Of a stretch of DNA of 64,000 nt, positions 53,234-64,000 are shown in pieces. The notes beneath the pieces are model-generated. The model saw only the letters and a list, made by a program, of their open reading frames with translations, had not been told where the DNA came from and did not search any database. How positions within the stretch are numbered: the stretch's first letter is position 1; each line of letters opens with the position of its first letter. This DNA is from Octopus sinensis (taxonomy: Eukaryota), in the NCBI RefSeq assembly GCF_006345805.1, contig NC_043007.1, forward strand, positions 7,874,001-7,938,000, given 5' to 3'. The position numbers and the translations under genes are program-made.

Positions 53234-53491
53234 TTGGTAAAAACGGTAAGATAACAAAAGAAAGAAAGATACCACAATATTATGTAAATAGAGGAAATTT
53301 ATCTAGAAAATGATATGTTACAATTACTCAATAGTTAAGATAAAACTCTGAGTTTCAGATGCCGAGGTGGAAATCTACAACACCATCTCTTTGGTTATCT
53401 GGCCAGATAACCGAAGAGATGGTGTTGTAGATTTCCACCTCGGCATCTGAAACTCAGAGTTTTATCTTGACTATGAGTAATTGTAACATAT
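53234..53491. mobile_element. Palindromic PLE-like mini-element (spacer-less palindrome 53313-53491) with two mutated hammerhead cores
   Basis: Centre tctgg|ccaga; arms contain gataa CCGAAGA (CCAAAGA on minus) gatg...catct GAAA ctcagag TT ttatc; family of 13260-13615. Confidence 0.75.
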
Positions 53492-53557
53492 TATTTTATT
53501 GATATATATATATATATATATATCTATATATATATTATAATATATATATATATATAC

Positions 53558-53588
<31 letters not shown>

Positions 53589-54249
53589 TGTATGTATGTA
53601 TGTATGTATGTATGTATGTATTTATGTATGTGTGTATGCATGTATGCTTGTATGAATGTACACGCAGTAAAGTAAAATGAGAAACTGTTAGGAAAATACT
53701 GAATATAACTGAAAACAATCATGATTTCAGTTATAACAAAGAAAATCGTTATCACATCCATGGATTCATTCTGTACGAGAAAGTAAAATCAATAAGTTGT
53801 GAAGTAATATGTGCTTCAGTGCCTGTATATGCTTCCACACGAGGATGTATACATACATATAGATGTATATGTGTGTGTGTGTGTGTGTGTGTGCGTGCGC
53901 GCGTGTGTATGTGTGTGTGTATGTGCACAAATGTGTGCGTGTATACTTTATATATATATACATGTATAATTACACACGCTTACACACACACACATATATG
54001 TATGATTGCTTAGGTGTATGCAGGAGCATAATGAATATTATATGTGCGTAGATTATTAAATATCATTTTATATATGTATGAATGTTTGTATGTATATGTA
54101 TGTATACATATATATATACATATATACACATATATATATATACATACACACATACATACATATACATACATTACATGCATACATACATATATATGTATAT
54201 GTGTAGAATATATATATATATAGATATATATATATATATATCTATATAT

Positions 54250-54304
<55 letters not shown>

Positions 54305-54619
54305 ATCGTTTCAGAATATGTTATGCAAGGATTTTTTTTTAGTTTTGAAACCGTGTACTAAAAACGATATTTATGTACTTAGATAGCGTTACACTGCCAA
54401 GTCTCATTATTAAAAGGTCACGTGTAATGAAAAAAAACATGGCTGACAAATTAGTTAAGAGCATTCCTAAAACTGAAGTGAGCTACAACCCGTACATATG
54501 TTGTTTTGTTTTGCTTGTTCAATAAGAACCTCCCGAAGTACAATGAAATGGGTTTATATATGTGTATGTATGCGTGTGTCTTTCTGTGTATATATGATGC
54601 ATGTATATGTATGCATATA

Positions 54620-54668
<49 letters not shown>

Positions 54669-54685
54669 ATAGAGAGAGAGAGAGC

Positions 54686-54716
<31 letters not shown>

Positions 54717-55474
54717 GCAGGGAGAGAGAGACTGTATAGTGCGCATGTGTAATATTAATATATAAAGAAGAAAGCCCTGATTAACTTTTTCCCCATCAAC
54801 ATTTTCTATTGCATGTTTATATTTTTATCTTCGCACTTCGTTCAAGAAATATTCTACGAACTCATTATACCTGTGTTCCTTTTTCTACTTTACAACTAAA
54901 AATTCTTTTACTATTCATTTTTTTTTCTTTTGTACATTTTCCGCATCATTCTGTCAAAATAATTAGACGTAATAATAATGAAAAATTATTAAGAATCCTT
55001 GGGGTTCTTATATGAAACTTTTATATCGAGTTACATGAATGTTTTTGTGGGTTTTTTCTCTCTGTCCTGTATTGATTGCGATTCTAGAAAGTACGACTGT
55101 ACTTGGTAACCTCATCCCTTTCTTTTACTTTCTACAATATCGAAACAAATAAAGAACAAATAAAGAACAGAACTGGATACATTCAACAATAGAAGAGTGT
55201 TTAGCTTGCTCGAAGTATTGTGAGATAAGTAAAGAAGTGAAGAAAGAATGCCGAGATACACCCGAAGTATAAGGAATTTAAAAGAAAGCGATTCTCTCTT
55301 CGCATTCTAAGAAGCTCCCTGCATTCTTTTCTTTCATTTTCAGGATAGAATTCCTAATTTGGCTCAACTTCCTGATTTAATGTTTTTTTTACTATCGATC
55401 TTGCTCGTGCAGTTTTACTTACTCTCTCTTTCTCTCTCTCTCATTCTCTTTCTTTCTTTCTCTCTCTCTGTCTT

Positions 55475-55505
<31 letters not shown>

Positions 55506-55629
55506 TTCTCTCTCTCCCCATCTCTCTCACCCCTCGCTCTCTCCCTCTCATTTTCTCTCTCTGTCTCACTATCTTCCCATCTCTCTCACCCCTCTCAATC
55601 GTCTGAGTGGTTACCAAACTCATTCGGTT

Positions 55630-56785
55630 CTATATCCGTCTCTTCAATTAGAACGCCGTCTTAATTCATGAAATTAACTTTATCCCTCCCATAAACCCCT
55701 TGAGGACAACACTTGTCTTTCAAGCAATTACAACCCTCAAATTTCTATCCTCCATTCTACTCACCTTCTCGTGTGATGCACTTTTCTTTAAGAGAATTCT
55801 GTTTTATTCTTTTATTCTTTTATTCTTTCCTTCTATAATCTGCCACCTCTCTTCATTGACCATCACTTCGTAACCGTCGTAAAATTATGGATTATAACTG
55901 CTGATTATGGCTGGGGGATGGAGGCTGCTGATTTTCGGCTTCCCAGACCAATGGTGGGGGCGCTCTTTTCTGCTATTTCCTAAGCCTCAATCGGTGGCAC
56001 TTTGAAAATACCAGCTCCTTTGGCCTGTTGTTTTCTTAGTGTTCCTTACTGTTCTCTCCTTTTCTGATTCGTAATTTCTTCTCAGTAGAAAGGGCTGATC
56101 TGGCCCTTAATCCCACACCTCTAGCAGATGCGCTTTCTCGGCAACGTCATCAGTTCGACTATTTTATTTTCGACTCCACAACAAATCACAGCTCCAGAAT
56201 AGCTTCGTGGCCCACGATGGTCATTTCAGCTTCCATATCATGGCGGCTCCACCTGACCACATATCATTAGAACTTTTCATGTCCATGCAGACTCCATCCG
56301 GTCAGGTTTCATTTCAAGACACTTCGCAGCTTACCCTCTGCCCATTCTGTGCCACAATGGTGACGATAAACCATTGGTCACTCTTATTGCCAATGTCCTT
56401 CGTGTAACCTTCATCTTATGCTACAACGCACCAGTTCGACCTGGTTGTCTCTCCGACTCATCTCAGTTTTTAAAACAAGGCACACGGCTTCATAATCTCT
56501 AGAAAACCCAACAAAGGCGAAATCTTTCCCCTCACTCACTCGTGATACCTCCAATTATGGTGCAAATACATCAGAAAACCTTTTTTTTTAAGAGATACAG
56601 AGATACGTGTCATTCTCTGTGTTAACTCTTAAAGGGTTCAGGTGAGGTGGCGCTCTTTTTCTTTATCACTTATCTCTACTACGTCGATCTTGTCTCCGCT
56701 ACATCTTTTATGTCCAGCGCATGACTACGGCTAGCAACGCTCGTGAAAGAATTACTCACAGTACACGGTGCGTCGCTCAAACTAA
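55630..56785 (-). mobile_element. Possible old L1/Tx1-like LINE 5' part
   Basis: Minus near 56100-56140 reads KRIC*RCGIKGQI (degenerate CCHC knuckle); CpG-containing 5'-UTR-like segment at 56620-56785. Confidence 0.35.
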
Positions 56786-57286
56786 CATTTTTACTCGTTC
56801 AAATGTGTTTGTTTTATTCGTTTCATGTGGATGTTGTTGTATTGTTGATGTAGTTCTGGTAACTGTTGTTGATGTAGTTCTGGTGATTGTTGTTACCGTT
56901 CTTGTTGTCGTAACTGCTGTAATTGTTATTACAGCATCGATCAAATTGCTTGAATTAACGTTTTTAACTGTGAGAACAAACATTATTTTTTCGTGCGTGT
57001 GAATACTGCAGCGAAAGTTGTTTTCATATTTCTTTGTTTGATTTTTTTCTTTTTTATTCTGTAGTTGTGTTTATTTTTACCTGACGAGAAATCATTTTGA
57101 GTTGAATATAAAAAAATAGCAAAAAAATAATGCAACTAAAACGTGACAGACTTTTTGTCTGCCTGGTTCTGACCTGTTAAAAAATTATCGAAACAGAAAT
57201 ATTTTTTCCTTCAGTAGCACTTGATTACAAAAGTATCAAAAATCCTCCATGCAAAGTGAAGATAGTTCGGCTCACGGTAACAATCG

Positions 57287-57317
<31 letters not shown>

Positions 57318-57319
<2 letters not shown>

Positions 57320-57849
57320 CTTTTTAATCGATGTATCAATACCAACAGATGAGATGTTTCTCTAAAAGAAACGCAGAGACTTTCAAACTACAAAGACCAG
57401 GAAATGGAGGTAACTCGAATGTGGAGTACTGATGCAATACCATAACCAGTTGAGCATGTCCCTTAGTGGCTGATGATATGTGCATCTCCGATCATGAGCA
57501 GAAGTAGTCGGGGACCATCATAGCCATGTGTGGAAAGGAATTCTTTGGGGTTTGAATAATTCACCTCTGGAACAAGGGTGTTTCGTTCAACATCCTTAAA
57601 CAACCCTTATTCCGAGATATATAAAGTAGGATGGGCTTGCTCGACCTGAAGAAAATTCTAACTAGAAAATTCTAACATCTGCAATGTTATGTGTTGTTTA
57701 TCTTGACAAGAGATTATCATGTCGTGCACATATGGTCGTGATGTATTGCCTGGTGTACCCTTATTAGACGAGTGGTCATGATGGGTATATTGGATTTCGC
57801 ATATTTTACCCCAGTGTCACTTTGATGGCATACACTGCTCTCACTCAAT
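57318..57849 (+). mobile_element. 5'-truncated R4/Dong-like retrotransposon flanked on both sides by (TAA)n
   Basis: CFLIDVSIPTD..VSLKETQRLSNYKDQEMEVTRMW (RLE), long 3' UTR; TAA tracts at 57289-57318 and 57850-57925. Confidence 0.85.
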
Positions 57850-57873
57850 AATAATAACAACAACAACAACAAC

Positions 57874-57925
<52 letters not shown>

Positions 57926-58149
57926 TGCAAACAAAGAAATAGAAATGGTATCAGCGATAAGTGTGCAAGTGGCACCTGTTTATAATGGTTGTCAAAGACG
58001 GCCATTACATCTGACGCTTTCGTAAATGAACAATTATGGACACTGAATGTGGTCACATCATATTCGGTCTTCTTGCGTCCGGCCTTATGATCAGTATTAC
58101 ACACGAGCAAGTGCGCACACACAAGCACACACACACATACATTGATAGG

Positions 58150-58250
<101 letters not shown>

Positions 58251-58655
58251 GAACACAGGCACATATTTTAAACACGTGTGTATATATTTATGTTGATAGA
58301 TTTGTGTGTGTATACATATATATATATGTGTGTGTGTATGTCTGTATACATGTGTGTGTGTATGTGTGTGTGTGTGTGTGTGTGTGTACTACATGTTTGA
58401 GGTTCCGATGAATCTATAAGGAATTATTCAGGCGCTCCACTATGAGTCCAGCGCATGAAGTTCTTACGATAATCATTTGTTTCTTTGTCATCTTGTTTTT
58501 CTTCTTAACACACGCGCGCGCGCGCACATAGAGAGAGAGAGAAAAAGAAAGAGTGAGACAGGTGTGTGTTTGTATATCAAGAGAGACATATGTATAAATA
58601 TACATACGTATATAAGACACATGCATACACATACATATATCTCTATCCAACTATC

Positions 58656-58686
<31 letters not shown>

Positions 58687-59184
58687 GCGTGTATGGGTGT
58701 ACATACACGCACACACATACATACAAACACACATACATACAAACACACATACATACATTCATACATACATACATAGCAAATTAAATTATACTTCGTAAAC
58801 GATAGAAGCGAGAATGTTCAGAAATTTCATTAATAAAAGCAAGGTGTGTATAAATTGCTTTGCATCTTTAAATTATATTGTTATGGAAACACGGGAAAAA
58901 GAGCATTAAAGCGATCGTATAGAAAACATGCCGACATGTTTAATGATTTTACAATTACGTGCCATAAAATACATGTACCACATACAGTCTTTCACACGAA
59001 CACTTACGCATAGGAAAGTAGATCCAGCTATAAATTTATATGCAGATTTATATAAACAGGGATGGTTGTCTGTATGTATATATATATGAGTGTGAGTGTG
59101 TGTGTGTGTTTGTGTGTGTGTGTACATATGTTTGTGAGTGTGTATATACATACGTGTGTGTGTGTATTTTTGTGTGTGTGTGTA

Positions 59185-59881
59185 TTTATAATACATTAAA
59201 AGTGAAGTTCAATCTTGCTTGCTTGCCTGCAATGTTACACAGTCAAACTGGCGCATAATGGGAAAATACTTTGAAAGTAAAGAGCCCCTGAAATGTGAAT
59301 ACGAGCGGTATAAAACAAGGTTCATGTAAATCGGGCCAGTAGTTATTGAGATATTCTGGGTCTGGGGGTATAAATATCCAAAACGGTGCATAATGGGGAA
59401 ATACTCTGAAAATAACAGAACCCTGAAAGGGAAGAAACTCTAACATTTCCATTAGACACATTATGATGGGGAAAATATCTTTTAAGTGAAAATAACTTTA
59501 AATATAAGGTAAATATTTCGTAAAAGACCTGTTTGTAACCTCGGTGTGAAACAGGGTTTTTTTTCCATAAGTTTCTTTCGAGTGCATTCAACGTATCACA
59601 TCTCCAATGAGTTGGCTGCTATTTCTAACACGCCCTGCCACCACATAACAGCTATTTGCGATAAAGGACCCGAAATACCTGTTACGTGGTAGCAGGGCAT
59701 GCAAGCAATAACAGACAAATCTTTCCTCTTCGGGGGAAGGGTGTCGTTTACGCGGGATCTCGATGTCACATTCGTTGAAAGCATGCGAAATAACGTGGAA
59801 AAGAAAAACCCCACCAAACAAAACTCCGTTGCTGGGAAACTCAGACTTCCCCGGTGACCCAACCGGTCACAGGTAGTCTAG
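59185..59881 (+). mobile_element. Non-autonomous Helitron
   Basis: 3' hairpin gtgacc-caacc-ggtcac followed by aggtagtCTAG; 5' end approximate. Confidence 0.6.
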
Positions 59882-59897
59882 CATATATATATATATG

Positions 59898-59936
<39 letters not shown>

Positions 59937-60149
59937 ACATGTATATATATGCGTATACATATGTGTATATCAATACACATGTATATATATGCATATATAT
60001 ATTCTCTGGGATCTTGAATAATCGTCCTGCACCGCTTATTACTTTTTCAGATTTTTTCCACCACCCCCGCTTATTCATTTTTAACATACCCCCACCACTT
60101 ATTAATTTGTAAGATTCTCTCCCCGCCCCGCTTTTATTTCAACCCCCTC

Positions 60150-60330
60150 CTTATTACTGGTACCTTATTTTATCGATCCCATAGGGATGAAAGGTAAAGC
60201 TAACCTCAGCGAGATTGAACTCAGAACGAAATGGGTCAGATCTAAGCTGCAAGGCACGTTGCCCGATGCTTAGGCACAAGGCCAGCAATTTAAAGGGAAG
60301 GGGAAAGTTGATTAAATTGACTCCCGTTAT
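60150..60330 (-). mobile_element. SINE family A degenerate pieces
   Basis: ttttatcgatccc..gggatgaaaggtaaag..ttgaactcagaac. Confidence 0.6.
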
Positions 60331-60898
60331 TAGTACAAAACAACAAACTCTGGGGAATTCATTATTATTTTCACTGACACAAATTGTGAATCAGTATAAC
60401 GAAAAAAAAAACAGACCACAGGAATGGGAAGAAAACCTGGAATATTCTGTCTGTTTTCATAACGCATGGAAGAACAGTATTTATCCTCAGTATATGTAAG
60501 CAACATTCATGTTGCCTCGGGAAGGTCACTGCTAACTCTTAAAGAATATTTTTAGAGTAGTGTATTATATTCTCATAATACTTAGCGCGAGACAGAAAGT
60601 GCAGCCATTTGCACAGGTTAAAGAATGGGTAAACATGCAGATAAGTATTCTTCCTTTATTATTTGTGGTAAATAGTTTCATTTACTAGTTTTATTTAACA
60701 AATATATAACATATATAGAGGGTTTTTTTTAACTTTTTAAATATTATTAACTTACGTTTGACGTAATAATGATAATATATACTAGTATTGATAGGGGTAA
60801 ATTTCACAATAAATTAATAATTCCCGTGAAATTTATATAGATAGGCGGTTTAATTTGACGAGTTTATAAATAGTCGATGAGGGTTTCTTTATGTTTAG

Positions 60899-60941
<43 letters not shown>

Positions 60942-61461
60942 TATTGTATTTTTGTGTTTAATTTTATAAAATTTTTATTAATTTTTTAAATTTTATAATT
61001 TTGTAATTTTTTGAAATTTTTGAAATTTTGTAAAAATATATTAGGAAGTTTTATATATATATATATATTCTAATTTTTTAAGAAGATATCTTAGAATTTG
61101 TAGGATTAAGCTGGATCTGTTAATAATAATAAGAAGAAAAATAGCCTGAGGACGCAGTGGTGGATTTGTGTATTAGGTATAGCCTGGTAAAACAAACCAC
61201 CAGCGCTAAAACACGTGTAGCGTTGATTAATATTATCTTCTTTCCCCACAGATTAATAACAGGTAAGGTATATATATTTTTTTAATGTGTTTAAATAATT
61301 TTAAACTAATTCTATTGTGCTTTATTTTATTGTACGTTATAGTCGGCTTTAAAATGCTTACATTATTAGATAAGTATTTTGGCTATAATTTTCTATGTGT
61401 ATTCCAGAAAATGAGATTGTCCTGAAATTGAAGTTGTGGTCCTATTGGTAAAATCCCAAAT

Positions 61462-61500
<39 letters not shown>

Positions 61501-61501
<1 letters not shown>

Positions 61502-61665
61502 GCAACGGAATCCTTTCAGTCTCCGTCTACCAAATCCACTCACAAGGCTTTGGTCGGCCCGAGGCCATAGTAGAAGACATTTTCCCTAAGTGCCACGCAC
61601 TGACACTGAACCCAGAGCCACCTGGTTGGTAAGCAAGCTACTTATCACACAGGCATTGCTGTGCC
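61501..61665 (-). mobile_element. SINE family B 5' part
   Basis: Reverse complement of the 8455/51195 head. Confidence 0.8.
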
Positions 61666-61699
<34 letters not shown>

Positions 61700-61821
61700 A
61701 TATATACATGATTTGATTTTTTATTTTTTTTTATTTTTCCAGTTTCAGCTAATGAGCTGTGGCCATGCTGGGGCACCGCCATTTAAAAATAACACTTGGC
61801 ATATATATATATATCACCATT

Positions 61822-62118
61822 ATCACGTGACCAACCAGACCATCAGATGTTGTTACACATCGCTGGTCACAATGCGTTCGCATTGTTTTAGCCTTTGAAT
61901 GACGCCACCACGCTGGCTAAGCGAGCAGGCCAACAGAAGAAAGAGTGAGAGAAAGTTGTGACGAAAGAGTACAGCATGGATCATCACCCCCTGCCGGAGC
62001 CTCGTGGAGCTTTAGGTCTTTTCGCTCAATAAACACTCACAACGCCCGGTCTGGGAATCGAAACCGCGATCCTACGACCGCGAGTCCGCTGCCCTAACCA
62101 CTAGGCCATTGCGCCTCC
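61822..62118 (-). mobile_element. SINE family C, full length
   Basis: Reverse complement of 46653-46960. Confidence 0.9.
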
Positions 62119-62176
<58 letters not shown>

Positions 62177-63060
62177 TAGATGTACGTACATATATGTGTA
62201 TGTGTACACAACACACACACACACACACTTTGTATTATTCGTTTTGCATCGGTCACTTTTTAGTCACGTGAAAACGGTTGATGTGCTCTGTAAACACTTT
62301 CAATATTTACCATAAAGCTACGCGCATGCGTTCGAGAAAATATGAAACTGAAAATGTCATTTAATATGTACTTGGTAAACTGTAGTATCACTAAGGGAAT
62401 AAAACTTTCATTAATCACTTAGGGGAGACTTATAAACACCTTCAGAACCCCAGAATTGATACCAAGGCAAGAAAATGAAACTTCGGAGGTTAAAGCATTA
62501 AAAACCAAAGTGTGGACGCTGTCAAAGCGAATCTTAACCATTGCAATCGTTTTCATTCGGTTAACCGGTGTGTTTGATATATTTAATGAAGGAATCGTTA
62601 ATTGAAAAGAATAAGGTATAAGAATAAAAGAGTAGCGCATGAAATGAATGGCGTTAAGATTTGGAATTAATGGAAATAATAGAAAGGGTACGACTATATA
62701 AACAATTTGGAAAGACAACGTAAGTAGAACTTACAAGAAGTGAATCTGGTTATTGATTTTACAAAGGAGATCGAAATAAGAAATCGGAGAGCTGTCTAAT
62801 CGCTACACCAAATCAATGATTTAATACAAATGATATTAGGAGATATAATTCCAATAAGAAAAACTCTGGCGGAGAATCGATCCAGTAAGAAGAAAACGAA
62901 TTATATGGTGCACTTAAGGACTGACATCAAAAATCTTCGCGTCACAAGAATATAGCCGCTACCAGAAGAAAATACGGTCTAGAATCGGAAGAATGTGATT
63001 ATTCCGAGAAAATTCTACACACGCACACATATTTATATATATTGCATATATATATACACA

Positions 63061-63100
<40 letters not shown>

Positions 63101-63397
63101 TGTGTGTGTGTATATACACATACATACACATATACATATATATATATATATATACACACACATACATATATGCACACACATATACATATATACACAAACA
63201 TATACATATATAAAATATTGTATATATATAATATATACAAATGATGTGGGTGTGTAGGGGTGAAATGTAGTGTAATATTAGAGTATAATACTTGCGGTTT
63301 TAGACATTAATGTAGTACTTTATCCAGTGTTGGTGCGCTCCTAAACTGTGCGTCTTGCAGACATTGTCCGAGAACTTTTTGATACCACTTCGTATAC

Positions 63398-63456
<59 letters not shown>

Positions 63457-63507
63457 CATGCATATATGTATGTATGTATGTATGCATGCATATATGTATG
63501 TATGCAC

Positions 63508-63538
<31 letters not shown>

Positions 63539-63634
63539 TGTATTATGTATTTATGTATGTATTTATGTATGTATGTATGTATGTATGTATGTATATGATG
63601 TGTATGTGTGTTCATGGTTTTTGCTTGTCCTTAC

Positions 63635-63812
63635 AACGCTTCACAACCGTTATTAGTTTGTTTAAGCCCTTGTAACTTTAGCGATTCGGCAAAGGAGACC
63701 AATATAATAAGTACCAGACTTAACAAATACTGAGGTCGGTTTCTTCGGTTGACCCTACAAGACGATGCTCCAGTATGGCTGCATTCCAATGATTGAAACG
63801 AGTAACAGAATA
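63635..63812 (+). mobile_element. SINE family B 3' part
   Basis: cacaaccg...tagcgattcggcaaa...gatgctccagtatggctgca...gaaacgagtaa. Confidence 0.7.
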
Positions 63813-63914
63813 AGCCAAGAGTACCTGAGTTAGAAGAACAATGGGACAAATGGATGACATACATTTTTATTGAAGTATTCTTTGTTACAGTGCGTTGTCA
63901 ATGTGTGTATAGCT

Positions 63915-64000
63915 GTAAGTATTTCGTCTGTCTTTTATGCTTTGAGCTCAAATTCCGCCGAGGTCGACTTTGCCTTTCGTCCTTTCGGGGTCGATAAATT
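63915..64000 (+). mobile_element. SINE family A, cut by the window end
   Basis: caaattccgccgaggtcgactttgcctttcgtcctttcggggtcgataaatt. Confidence 0.8.

Overview
Eukaryotic, very AT-rich and microsatellite-saturated DNA with (TA)n, (CA)n, (TACA)n, (TAGA)n, (TAA)n and (GAA)n tracts. The repeat repertoire suggests a coleoid cephalopod, probably Octopus, but this is an inference. I find no supportable host protein-coding exon; almost all supplied ORFs are translations of simple repeats. The window is a mosaic of decayed mobile elements: R4/Dong-type RLE retrotransposons tied to (TAA)n tracts, CR1-clade, RTE and L1/Tx1-like LINE fragments, Penelope-like elements (PLEs), a full-length but broken mariner, two non-autonomous Helitrons and three tRNA-derived SINE families. 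The most interesting signal is a set of type I hammerhead-ribozyme (HHR) motifs in small non-coding elements. The clearest case is a head-to-tail array of ~390-nt units with one HHR motif per unit (28399-30064), the layout of a non-LTR retrozyme that could release circular RNAs. There are also palindromic twin-HHR elements and a family with a variant CUGUNGA core. All protein and RNA-structure calls were made by eye, without database searches.
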